Origin: Podarcis liolepis
Lineage: Eukaryota
Assembly (NCBI GenBank): GCA_965112155.1
Contig: OZ218103.1
Reading direction: 5' to 3' (one strand)
DNA: 64,000 nt
A program made the translations under genes and the position numbers. The notes below the pieces were generated by a model. It searched no databases. It was not told the origin of the DNA and saw only the letters and a program-made list of their open reading frames with translations. Shown here piece by piece: positions 1 through 13,200 of this stretch. Within the stretch, counting starts at the first letter, position 1, and every line of letters starts with the position of its first letter.

Positions 1-95
1 AGACCAACACGGCTACCTATCTACTACTACTTCCAACTTCGTCCGCCCCAGTCTCGCAGAATCCCACTGCTTAGCTGAGATTCACTATTTTTCCC

Positions 96-114
96 CCGCC
101 ACCAGGGGGTGCAG
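96..114 (+). promoter_or_regulatory. CTCF-like motif
   Basis: CGCCACCAGGGGGTGCAG, close to the CTCF core CCACCAGGGGGCGC. Confidence 0.55.
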
Positions 115-533
115 TAGGCAGAGACTCGCCACACTGCAAGAACTACAACTCCCATGAGCACCCCTCGGCCAATGTATCTCTCGCTTCCGGAGCTGGGAAC
201 TACAACTCCCATGATCCTTCCGCCACAAGCTTGGTCCTCAGCGGGAAGCGGCTGTTCTTGGCGCCTGACTGGAAGCGAGCGAGCGAGCTGGCAAGAGGGC
301 TTTTGGCGTGGACAACCCGGCAGCGCGTGAGGCCCTCCCTTCCTCCGCTCTCACTGGGTGCCCCACTGGGTGCCCGGCCCAACTGCCAGTCAATTAGTCC
401 GACTGAGTGGCCAGGGAGGCGTCTCGGCGGCGGTGGCGGCAGCAGCGGTTGCCGCCTCAGGCAGATAGAGCGACCCTCCTCGGGGGGCGTTGAGCGGGAG
501 GGGCCGGGCGAGTACGAGACCGGCAGACGCCCT

Positions 534-561
534 TCTGTCTGTCTGTCTGTCTGTCTGTCTG
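534..561 (+). repeat. (TCTG)7 microsatellite in the IPO13 promoter/5' UTR
   Basis: Read directly from the sequence. Confidence 0.9.
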
Positions 562-1137
562 TGGCGGGTGATAGGCAGGCACCTCCTCCGCCATTAAGGG
601 CAGAAGGACAGATTCCCCGCTTCCCCAGGAAATTTGCGTCAGTTTATCAAGCCTTTTCTGTGCTCCCTCCCTCCCAATAATCCCACTCAAGGCGGGGCGC
701 AGATAGTCCGTGCGCTTTACCGGGGCGGAGGCAGGTAGCTTCCATTCACTCTGAATCTTGTTGGGAACAGGCGGGAGATTCTCCCCTTATTTCCCTGCTG
801 AGAGTCCCGTCCCCCCCACATCGCCCTGTGGGGGGCAGCTAGGCATGTATCCCTCTTGCAGAGAAGAATATTGGGAAATAATCCGGCAGCCCCCACCCCT
901 TTTTTAAAAAAAACCCCTCCCATTGACAGGCTGAGCACACGTAGCACTCCCCTTTCCTTCGGGCAAGACACAGGCAGAGAGAATTGCCCTTTCACTCTCG
1001 GTTGGGGGGCTGCTCTTCTCTTCTTTCTCCCGTCCTTCCACCCCAAGATGCTGCCGCCGCTGTCGCCGCCGCCGCCTACCCCCCTGTAGCTGAGCCCCAG
1101 CGCAGGGCGAGGCTCGGACCGTCGGCGTGCCGGCGCC

Positions 1138-1212
1138 ATGGAGCGCCGAGGGGAGGCTGCCTCCGCTGCCCTCCCGCAGACCCTGGACTTCACCGTGGAG
1201 AACGTGGAGAAG
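1138..1212 (+). CDS. IPO13: IPO13 exon 1, coding part ([25 protein letters not shown])
   Basis: gccATGG Kozak context; donor AAG|gtgaga. Confidence 0.95.
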
Positions 1213-4200
1213 GTGAGAGGTGGGCAGGAGGGGCCGCTTTAGGGTACCTGTGTTGTGGTTGCGGGGTGGCTTGGGTGGAAGTACCTTATCCTACACCCCG
1301 GTTAATTTCCGTACACGGGATTAGGAGCTTTCAATGTGCTCAGGCTTTCAGTGTGCATTTGTCTCAGGCAATGCTGTCTTGAGTTCCAGTAGTTTTGTAC
1401 TTCACCTATTCGGTGGGCATAGCTGCTCCCATCTTGATCTTCTTCAGGGGATTGAGAGTGCCCTTGGCATGTTATTGGTCTCTGACATTGGCTTCACGGT
1501 TTAGTTTGCACTACTGTAGCCTCTGAATCCCATTGAGTCGCACACACACACTCACTTTGGAGTGGCAGTAATATTGGTCCTTATGTTATGATCTGGGAAC
1601 CTTTCCTCTGCTTACCTCCTTCTGAGAGCGTATCATGATGAGCCTGGCGGGGGGGGGGGGAGGGTGACACTACTGCTGCTGGCTTGAGGGGGCATTTGCA
1701 GAAGTGATGCTCTGCCCTGACAGCATACCCAGGGGGCATCCTGTTACTCATTGAATCCTTAGCATGTCATAGTCATGGCACTTTGGGCTATCTCCTTTAG
1801 CTTCACTCCTCAGGAGATACCCTGTAGTTGTAGAAAGCAAAGTGGCCTTTAGAAACACACCTGGAAGATGAACTGTTGTCTGGTGACTGCTTTATTCTTT
1901 TGGCAGTTGTGTAATCACCTGCCTCTGTTCTCTTTTAGATGTTGGTATAAATGTTCCCTAATTCACAGGAGTTATTTAAATGGTATTGTAATACTGGCTA
2001 TGACTCCTGGCATCTCCATGTAAAAGGTTCTGATGGCAGGTGATGGGAAAGACCTCTGTCTCAGACCCTGGAGAGCTCCTTCCTCTTAGAATAGTCTGTC
2101 CTAGTATAAGGCAGCTTCCTATATTTACATGAATTTTGTAATGAGAGTAACCTTTTATTTTGAGGGCCTCATTCCCTTAGCAGTCGTTTGTCGGGGATTG
2201 CATGCTGATCATGGGTGGGGCTGCCACCAGCTTTCCTTTCTCTTTTCTGCCACTCCTTACTTCTCTCTCTCTTTCTTTCTTTCTCTCCCTCTCTCCTCCT
2301 TCTCCTCCTCCTCCCTGGCCAGCAGGCTGGGGGCAGGGGGAAATCACTCTCGCCAGAGATGGCTTGCTGAGGGTTTTTAAAAATTGGTTAGCAGGTGGCC
2401 CACCTCTGCTATAGGCATACCACAACTTCACTGGCAAATATGCTACACTAGAGTGAGTGCCACCACTTGGTTCAAGGATAAAGAGGATCTTACCTATGTA
2501 ATTGTTCCACATTCCTTCACTGTAATGCTTTTGCAACTATTTATCAAAATTCTTTGTGGTGGCCTTGTGGAAGGCAGGCTGCTAATTAAAATACAATTGT
2601 GCTTCAGATTTATACAATGCATTTTTGAAAGATCAGAAACAACCATATACTGTAGACAAGTATTTTTGTCCCCATGTTGCAGATTGAATATTGAAGCTGA
2701 TGAATAGTAGCTTATTCAAGACTATCTAGTGAGTTTATGTGTGGATTGAAGAGGGACTTCCCAGTCAAAGCTCACACTCATAGTCACTACGGTATATTGC
2801 AGTAAAACAGCTCTTTATCTGTATCCAGGTAAACTATCCCTGTCTCTGGACTGTGATGTGCTGTATAATGGACATTAACAAGGAGAAGCAAGAAGAATGG
2901 ATGCTGTGGTACTAGTTACTGAAAGGGCACCATATTTCTTAAGGCTCCATCTTAAGTTGTGGGGCAGTCTGTGTTATGATAATAGTGAAGATTTCACTTT
3001 GCCAAGTGATTGGTTTCTTAACTGTTGCTGCCTGTTTGTAAGAATAAAATTCTACACTTACAAGATAGAAAAGCATGAGCTTGGAGCTGTTTTTGAGAGG
3101 TTATTAAGGAATGATACTTAGAAATATCTATAGCTATGTGTTTTTGGAGATTTCACTCAAGTGTAAGTAGAACTCCAATCTGCTCCCGTTTCCCACATTG
3201 GGCATATGTATAATTCATTATAATTGATTATGATGAATATAATTTATCTTTAAATGAAAAGGAACATTTCTAGCCTCCAGGTTTTTGAAGGTGGGCTTGA
3301 AAATGTGTGAACAATATCTGATGAAATATTGAAAGCCAAGGATACCTTGTAAGTTTCCTAGGGGCCATGGAACTGGAGCTCTGTGGCCTGCATAGCTCCA
3401 TGTCTAGGAAAAGCAGAAAAGGTGCACTCACTTTGAATAAGTTATACATACTGCAGAAATTTTCTTTTCCTGGTTGAAACTGGGATACTTTGGCCTGAAA
3501 GAAATTAAAAGGCAGTTTAGGGTTAGTCCTGAACAGTTTATTTTTCTCCCTTTCTGATGAGTAAAGTTCTGCAGGATGGAAATTGTTATTTCTGTTAAAC
3601 AACACACATCTTCCATTGTGGCTTTGTAGAGTGCTCTGTTGTGGAGCTGTCACTATTCAGGCAGCTTTAACCTGCCTTTGCTGCCCATTGTATTTTCCGA
3701 AGCACTGGAGCAGCCACTCCCTATTGCACCCTGAATTCTGTCATTCTGCTCGTGTTAAATTGTCACACAGGTTCCAGGCAGCTCACTAGTAGGGATTATG
3801 ACATCTAGCCCTCTTCCTAGCAAAGCCCAGATAGTGACAACTCACCAGGGTATATCTTTAGCTGGATATGGAACCTGACTTGCTTCCCTTTCTTTGTTTA
3901 TTAGATCCATAGCCAGGAATGGCAGACTCCTAGTCCAAGGCTTTAGGCCATGATGTTAAAAACCTCCCACTTTCACAGTGCATATGGAATAAGGGTTTGT
4001 GCTTTCTGCAAAGTTATATAGCAGCACTAGCTTTTGTGGCCTAATCTGTTACTGGGTAATGCTGCTTTATAATTCCCTCTGGAAGGAACGCACAGGCAGC
4101 TTCTTTGTGCGAGCTGACAATAGAGCAAATGTTGACATCAAGAAAGGTCAGTACACCCCAGGTGGTGATTAGCTCAGCAAGTGCTGGGGTAGAAGTTGGA

Positions 4201-7200
4201 GCCATCAGGGGTGTGCCAGAATGGCTCCCACACTGGCTGGGAAGGGCTGTAGCAGGCTCTCAAAGATGCTTCGCCCCCCCCCCCCCTGTCTCAAACCTTC
4301 TTTGCTTCGCTGCCTAGCACTGCTTGCATCAAGCTTTCCCGTAAGATACAACTGTTATGCTATAACAGTGGAGATTGGTTGGCTGACTGAGGAGGAAGGG
4401 TGTAAGCAGGCGATTGTGCCATAATAGTCTGTATTTAGTGCCAGTTCATGCTGCAGGAAGCATTGACTATTGGGGTCAAGATACAGGTTTTTGAGTAGGG
4501 TCAAATCTGCCATGCATTTGCCTCATCAGCCCAAGGCTTTTTTTTTTCCCCTGCAAGTGACAGAAATTGGTACTTTGCCAGGGTAGATTCAGACTGCTTT
4601 CTTAAACACGTGGTGTTTTTTTGTTTTTTTTTTTGTAATAACAATCCTCTCTGGTCTTGAGGCTGCCTCTTCATGGCAGGTGCCACAGATCCAGGGAGTC
4701 AGCATCTAGCCAAACCAATATGCTCATGCTCCAGTTCCAGAAGTGACTGAGTAGGCTAACCAGCTTTTGCAGGAGCTCATAGATTTGGTTTGTAGTTATC
4801 ACTGTAGCAGACATTTAGACCAAAGTAGTTAATGACATCTGGCTGTCACAGGCAGGGGTTGAACTAATACTAGGCACTTCTTTCATGTTCAGTGCAGAGC
4901 TACCCAACCTCACACATTAGTTTATGAATGAAGAAGCTTAATTGGTTCTGAATGTTTGAATTATCCAGTTCAAAACTTCAGTGAGCAGGGGAAGCTTGGG
5001 AAAAGCAACACAAAGAAAAAGGAAGTTAAAATAGTTATACCAATTAAAGTGCAGCTTAGATTTTAACCTTAAGGAACAAGGCATTATATATTTATGGTAC
5101 AGTGTTCAAAACATTGGGGGGTTTTTGGTGTGTGTTTTTTTTGGGGGGGGGGGAGATCTTTCTTACTCTTAGCCAGAGAGCAAACCAGGTGGCTTTTCTG
5201 TTTCTTAGCCTAGACAAGCTAGTTTTTCACACAGCAGTACAGACAGGATGCAAGAAACTCCAATGAAACCAGAGACATGCCCTTACATCTGAAGCCTTTT
5301 TGGTCTTGTGATAACACAGGCCCATTTGGCTTAGAGCGAAGTATTCTGGTTGCATTTCACATTGGATAAAGGCTTCAGGTCAGAGGCAAGTGTGTAAGTT
5401 GCCATTTTGCGCTTTTTATTGGGTGACTCTTAGGAGGTGACTTATCTCCCAGCAGAAGCCAAGGGATGTGAAAATGTATAGAGGAATTATCTTATGCTGT
5501 GTGTAATGCAACAATTGTTTGGGGTACAGGAAAAAATGGTTGCACTTTCAATAAGAGATGTGTAAAAAATGCATATTTCTCTGGCTTCAACAGGTTGGTA
5601 AAAATAGAAAAAATGAATCTGAAGATGGGAACACCTTGGAAACACCACATTTCCACCACTGGAAGACATTGGGTTGAATCTGTACACACATGCACTCCAC
5701 TCTTCCTATAGCCATCTTGATGGTACTTTAGGCAGCAGTTCCTGTTAACTTTATGGCTTCAACATAAATGCATAACCTTTCTGCATTTGTGTGATTGTGT
5801 TTGTTCTCAATCCAGTGTGTTTTAATGGTTAAAGTGTTGGGCTATGACTTGGGAGACCAGAATTCGAATCTCTAGTCAGCCATGAAGCTCACTGAGTGAC
5901 CTTGGATTTCTCAGCCAAACTACCTCACAGGGTTGATGTGGGGATAAACTGGGGAGGGGAGAGCCATGTAGACCACACTGAGGTCCTCGAAGGAAAAGGT
6001 GATATATAAATGAAATTAATAAATCAAATCCTCCCACGTCCCCTGCTATTCCCCTTTTCTTGTCGGCATGTGTGTGTATTTGAGGTGAGGGCTGTATCAT
6101 CTAGGCTCTCTCCCTGGATAAAAAGGTTTTGGTTTCCATCACTTCTAATTTGAGGTGGTGAGCCGCCAGCCTGTGTGATGTGACAGCTGAGACAGCTGCC
6201 TTCAGACCAAGATATTGGGGAATAGAAATACAAGTGAATCTGCCTCTTTGACTCTTTAAAAATGCTGTTGCTGATTTACTGCTGTCAAAGTAGTCTGAAG
6301 ATCCCCTTCCTTGTATGCAACTGGGAGTAGCTTTCCTGACCTTTTCCAGTAAATTTCCATAGTACTGTTGAGGATTTCATTGGACTTTCAGGGTATAGTA
6401 GCATTTCATTTCAAATGGAAGTCTGCAGAATGATAATGGTCGCGAGTGCAAGCCTTAGCTCAAGTTTCACTGGCTGGCCTTGTTTAGTTAGAATCATAGA
6501 GTGGATTCTGCATAGAGAATCATAGAATTGTAGAGTTGGATGGGACCCTTAGGGTCATCGCTAGTCTAACACCCTCTAATGCAGAAATCTCAACTAAAGC
6601 ATTAATGACAGATGGCTATACAACTTCTGCATGAAAACTTCCAGTGAAGGAGAATCCACCACCTTCCGATGGAGTCTGTTCCAGTTGTCAAGCAGCTCTT
6701 ACTGTCAAAAAGTTCTTCCTAATGTTTAATTGGAATCTCATTTCTTGTGACTTGAATCCATTGGTTTGGGTCCTAGCCTCCAAAGCAGGAGAAAACAAGC
6801 TTGCTGCATCTTCCATGTGACAGCCCTTTAGATATTTAAAGATGGTTGTCTTTCTCATCTTTACATACCCAGCTCCTTCAACCATTCCTCATAAGACTGG
6901 GTTTCTAGACCTTTGATCATTTGGTTGCCTTCCTATGCACATGTTCCAGCTTGCCATTATCTTTCTTAAACTGTGCCCAGAACTGGACACAGTATTTTAG
7001 ATGTGGTCTTACCAAGCAGAATAAAGTGGTAATATTGCTTCCCTTGATCTGGACACTATACTTCTGCTGATAACTGGGTTATTTTGTCTTATGCCTGGTC
7101 TTATGAATCATAGTACCAGCACATGGCCTCTCCACTTGCACAGAGCTAGCCCTGGAAGTGCTGCTGTTGAGAGCAGCAAAGCAACAGGTCCAAGAACACA

Positions 7201-10200
7201 CCATCTTTAGCTCTAGTTTAGTTTCGGTTGCCTGGCACAACCTTGTGCTGGCATCAGCTAAAAGTGACTTCCCCAAGGACATTCCTCTGCTTGATTTCCA
7301 GGGATAGGATGCTGGAGTATTTGGAACAGAGCAAACCACTACCTGTGCATATTGTGGATTCTTAGGTTTGCTTTACACTGTTCATTATGAATTGTGTTGC
7401 AGAAGGTATTGGTGCTGTGCTTGTTAGAAAGAAGTTTTTTGTTCCTGCGGTACAAGATGTCATTGCTCATAGACAATGGGGCTTCTGTTTTTTAAGGGTA
7501 TGTTTGAATTTGCTTACAAAGGATATTGTGTAGCCTGCGGTATTGTGTCGCCTGGTTTCATGGTTGCAACTGTCATCAATGCTGGTCTCTTGTGCCAAGC
7601 AAAGAGTCAACCATATATTCTGATGTTCTTGAATACCTCCTAGTTAACAGCAAGTAATAGGTGTTTCCTTCATGACGACAGATGGCCAATCATGCTAGCC
7701 CTTGTCTAAAGCCCATTTTAGAAAGTAAGTGAAAGAGGCAGTGTGTGATGTTTCAGTTTGAGAGTTTATTTTTTAAAGCAATTTGCTAGCAAGAAGCAAT
7801 CTCTGACATGGACTGCATATTTCTGTGACTTTTGTAGTCTTGATTCTTTTGTAGGGTTAGCATTAACTGGGCATATGATCACCTTCTTCTTGTAAATTTT
7901 GTGTGTGTGTGTACACCCACACCAAGTGTCTGCAGTACTTTCCTCTTGTAAAGAAGCAGACTCTAATGTACTAGAGGTGAAGAATGTGAATCCTTTTGTG
8001 TTCCTTTGTCTGGAACTTCAACTGCTGCTCTAACTGTAGGCTTTCTTTCTCCCAGAATCTGCATTCTTTGAACACTCTTCTGTTCTGAAGATCAGCCCTG
8101 GGTCATCACTCTTCTTCTGTCACTCCTAAATGTCAAGCTTCAACCACGTTGCAGCCTGAGCCCTAGAACTCATGCCCCTTCCCTAGTTCTAGTCAGTAGT
8201 AGTGGCATACTCACTGTAGCAAGAGCTATTGCTAGAAGCTGCTCTTTTGTTACTGAATTAGCTTTTTTTAATAAACTTGTTTTCTGTCTTGTTTTAGTTG
8301 ATTGTACTGTATGTAAGCTGTTCTGCAAGCCTTTTCTGTGAAGACTGGGTACAAACATTCTAAATAACACCATCACTACCATCTAGTCTTCTTAAGCTGT
8401 TGGTGCTGAAGGCTGGCCCATCTTCCTCTCTTATGTACTTTACTGTCTTTGGGGTGACAGTATGTTGCATACTGTGGGGGTTGAAGGCAGTGGGTAATGC
8501 CAGCAATGTTTTCGACGTGTTGAAGGATGTCATTGGCTGCTGGCAAACATGTCTGGCGGCTTGGTTGGCACAGATCTCTATAATATGGGCCCATCAATAT
8601 TTGGCTCAAGTGGGTGGGAGGAAAATGCCTGTTATGTTCACGCCTGTATTGTGGCAGAACTGAGACTGTGGTTGCAGCTGACTGCGCTCAGTACTGCAGA
8701 ACCAGGGCAATGCTCAGCAACCTTTCCGCCTTCTATGTAGATTGCCTGTGCCCTCTACGCCATAGTGGAGAGGGCTAGGTCTTTGCTTGAATGAACAGAT
8801 GATGCTCTGGTTGCTATGGTTCCTGTTGCTTGGTGGCAATTGGCTGTGCTGTTCAGGAGATCAAGATATTGGGTGCTTTGGACAGGACTGAAAGGAAAGC
8901 AACCCAGAATGCCTTCCAGGAGGTGAGGAGTGGTAGTCACTGCAGAGTCAGCAGCCATACAGTCCCTCTTTGGCCCATTGGGGTAGGTCATTGGATTATG
9001 AGGCCATATCCTGAGTGTGCACAGTGTCATCATGTTGGTCTCCATTCACTTCAGTTTGATGGAGCAAGAAGTATGTCTCAAACAACTGCATCTCCTGCAA
9101 TTCCAGGGAGAGAGATTGTATAGGAACACGGGATGGGGTTCGTGTGTTCACTAACCTGTAGTGGCCTCATGTACTCATGCTATCTTTAATTGTTGATATC
9201 TGCTGGAACTCCTCTTCTCACTTAGTCTCTGGGACTTTGAGAATTCAGCTTGCTGTTATTTACATAGTGCTGTCAAGGAGACAAACTGCTATTTTCTTAC
9301 ACTTCAAAAGCTCAGAGGAGGCCTGGAAGGAGGAAGCACTGCACCAGGGACTCTGAGCTTGTGGCAGTTGCTGCTGCTACTTAAGCATCAAAACCTGATA
9401 TGTCACATTTTCATTCATGCTCCTTTAATAAAGCAAACCCAGTGCCAATCTGCTTGAGAGGTCAGAGAAAAGAAGTGAATCCTGTTTTGGGTCTCTGGTT
9501 AAGGCTTAGGGTGTCAATAGTGTTGTCTCATCAGTTGAACTACATTAGTATACCATGTGCTGTGGTGTTCATTAGGCGAGTTCTTTCCCAACAGTGATCC
9601 TTTGCTGGCGAGACCTCACTCTGTTGCACTGAAAGTGCCGTGCATGCTGGGCTGCTTACAAGATATAATGTTACAAACCTTGCCATTTCTATTGGCCCAA
9701 GAATAGCACAGTATTTCAGGCTTTCTTACGACACTCCATTCTGCATCCATTTCTTTAGTCGCTGGATTGGACGCTGTATGCCAACTCCTTATGGTGCTGA
9801 ACCCATAAAGCTGGTCTGAGGCTTCAGAAACCGTTATTGCCACTCTCGTTTGAAAGATCCCTACAATGCCCTTGCCTCCATTGTCTAGAGGAAGGGGCAT
9901 ATGCATGCTGTTACTTTAAGATGCATTATCTGGAGCAGGGGTCAGCAACCTTTTTCGGCCATGGGCCCGTCCACTGTCCCTCAGACCATGTGGTGTGCTG
10001 GACTATATTTTTTTGGGGAGAAATGAACGAATTCTTATGCCCTACAAATAACCCAGAGATGCATTTTAAATAAAAGGACACATTCTACTCATGTAAAAAC
10101 ATGCTGATTCCTGGACTGTCTGTGGGCTGGATTGAGAAGGCGATTGGGTCGCGTCTGGCCTTAGTTTGCCTACCCCTGATCTGGAGGTTTTGAAGTCTCA

Positions 10201-13200
10201 GCAGGTCAAGTCTTGAGACACTTGCGTAGGGAGATTGTAATATGGTTTAGTTTATGCAGCAATTGAGCTCCTGCGTGTTTCTGTGACTGTGTTAGTTATG
10301 TGCTGACTACATACAGTAAGTGTGTGAGCTAACTTAAAGCCCGAGTGGTGTAATGTTTATTCATGTACTTATTAATGTTGGATTTCAGCTGCCATTTTGT
10401 TGCCAATTCATCCAGCTAGGGACAGCATTCTGGAGCTCTTCAGTCTTGCTGAGATTTCACCATCCTGAATAATTTGGCACCATCTGCAAATTTGGTTGTC
10501 TGTCAGTTTGCATCTTACTCCAGACCACAATGGACAAATTATATAGCACCAATACAAATACAAATGGGCATGGTTTACTGTCCTTCTTCATGAAAGCTGT
10601 CAAACTCTGCTTTCTGTTTTGGTGTTGGAGGCTCCTAAGAAACTTCCAGTTACCTAATGATAATCGTTGCTCAAAAATATACCGTATTTTTCGCTCTATA
10701 ACATGCACCCAACCATAACTCGCACATAGTTTTTAGAGGAGGAAAATCCGTAGGCATGCCACCCGTAGGCATTCCCTCCATAACACGCACAGACATTTCC
10801 CCTTACTTTCTAGGAGGAAAAAAGTGAGTGTTATGGTGCAAAAAATACGGTAAATAATTTTAACCCTTATATTTCAATAGATTCTGGCTGCATGGGAACC
10901 TACTATAAAGTTCAGTAGTTAATAGGAATTTTATGTGTGTGTGTAGTCTGCTACAGATTTGTACAAGGACCAAGTGCAGTCTGTGCCACATCTAGAGAAA
11001 TATCATTGATTGCTCTAAAATTTGTGGAGAACCTGACACAAAGTCAGACCATGGCTGCACAATGCACTTGTTGATCAGCAGCCTGATACTTTTCTTTGTA
11101 GACACTGCTTAAAACATCTGGAGCTATATGACTTCATATTGTATTTTTTCCTTTGCTACACCTACCCATTAAAATATTTGCATTTATGTTTAAAGAGATT
11201 TCTTGTTTTTACATTTGATAAAACTAATCAGTTTTGTGGTCTCTGTTTTTCAACGTTTTGCTTTGTTCAAAACAATGGTTCCCAATCTTTTTAGTATGAT
11301 GATCCACTATTTATTTGGTATGGTGATCCACTGAATTAGTGTCACATGAGTTTCGTACTTTAGGTCTTCAACAGCTGTCGATTTCATGCATTTTAACTGC
11401 ACATTTGCCTATTTTGTAACCATTATTTGAGGCATCCAAGCAAAAATTTACTTAATGCCCCTATTAATATGGAACTTGTTGAAATATTTGTAATACTTAC
11501 AGAGATACTCAGTTTTTTGTGGGAATGTAACCACCAATCACTTGATTACAGAATATTGCTTCATGAACTATTAAAAATATTTTAAAAACATGCTATTACA
11601 CGAGCAGTGTTAGATATTTTGAACTATGAATATTTTAAATACTTTATTCACAATAAAGTCCATTTTGGCAAGTATAAGTGGGATGGCTGAGCTTGCACTT
11701 CGCTAATGAGTAGATCAATGTGGGGATTGATGGTTGTCAAACATAGTCTCATATCGTTATTGATACATAGCTGGCTACTATATTTATAGTATTTATACTG
11801 TATTTATACTATCTTCATAGTAGTTATTGCTGAAAAACCTGTCTCGCAAATATATGCACTATCAAATGGCAGCAGCACAGATTTTGCTTCATTGGCAAAC
11901 TCAGGATATTCAATAGTAGCTGAGTAATTTTGGTAACCTGAACCCAAAATTCAGATAGCCTCACTTCCAAAAATGTATCTTTGAGGGCCCAATGAGTTGT
12001 TCCTTTTGCACAAAGACAGGTTTGTGACATGAGTTGCAAATAGGTTTTTCACCCATTCAAACTTCTCTGTTTCTTCAGCAGAAAAGTAGTGGAGAAATCA
12101 AACCACCCTTGGCTTCACTTTTAACTTACTGGCAGTCTGCCACAAGGTACAGGGAGTTTTTTTGAGTGACTGCTATAGCTCGCCTCTGATGGGCAGGTGC
12201 ACAGCTTTTCTGAGTGAGAGACAGAAAAGAATTTACTAGCTATGTAGGGAAGAATTTACTGTCTATGTAAAGAAAGTGAATTTCAGGGCTCGTTCACACT
12301 TCCATTTGCCCCTCTGCTTCCTATGGGGAAACTACATTGGAGCAGATGTCAGTTGAGTTTTCTGCAGACTGACGTTTGCTCCGACTCAGCAGTGAAGAGT
12401 GGGTTTTCCCAGAGAAAGTGGTAGGGCAAATGCAAAACCGCCTGGACACATGCTTAGAAAGCATGGGACAAGGTGAAAACCTTTCAGACCTGTGCTTTCT
12501 AGGCATTGGACAAGTGTGGAGTAGCCCTTAGCTATAACTCAATATATCCAGGAAACAGCCACTACCAAGATGGACCAGACTGTTATTCCCATATGTAAAA
12601 TACAGAAATAAAAGGGTTTGCTTGGTGGGGAAAATTGCATTGTGTGTTCAGCAAAGTGGCACTGAAAACTGGGTTCACCTAGATGTGACAGCACCATGAT
12701 GAATAGATATTAAGCATGGGGTGGGGTGGAGGTGATTGTAATGTATTATAGAAACAGGTAATAGAAAGGGGGTTATGAATCTTCTGTTTCAGAATTGCCA
12801 CCCAAATACTTTTCTCTCGTCATGTTTTGGAACCCAACTTAAAAATAAGCAGCTAGGGCTGAGGAAGTGTTCAGCAACTTCTTCCATTTCCCTGCTTTCC
12901 TCATTAAATTGCTGCTCCCTTATATTTGTTCTCTACCATTCCTAGTTCTAAAACATGAGGCTGCTGCTTTCACATCTAGTTAGCTCTTCATTGTGGAAGG
13001 ATATTATTACAGCACTAAAGGTTTGAAATACAGTCATACCTCGGGTTGAAGTAGCTTCGGGGTAAGTATTTTCGGGTTGCACCCTGCGACGACCCGGAAG
13101 TAACGGAGCATGTTCCTTCTGGGTTTCACAGCTTGTGCATGCGCAGACGATCAAAATGACATCACGCGCATGCGCAGAAGTGACGAATCGCCACATGCGC

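Larger units (their letters stand above)
1..1320 (+). promoter_or_regulatory. IPO13 CpG-island promoter and long 5' UTR
   Basis: CpG-rich; two ACTACAACTCCCA (ZNF143/THAP11-type) motifs at 142-154 and 199-211; CCAAT 169-173; ETS CTTCCGG 184-190; GC boxes ~690-730. Confidence 0.8.

Noticed and set aside
231-1193. Long ORFs 231..680 (+) and 717..1193 (-) in the IPO13 CpG island
   Set aside because: GC-rich, stop-poor sequence including a microsatellite-derived stretch; no recognisable protein similarity.
8390-9125. Cluster of overlapping short ORFs with coding-like composition
   Set aside because: Probably a decayed retroelement, but I could not assign a family or find a consistent frame or splice sites.
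9780-9802. RE1 left half-sites (also ~8402 and ~21373)
   Set aside because: Only TTCAGCACC matches; there is no GGACAG right half at the canonical spacing.
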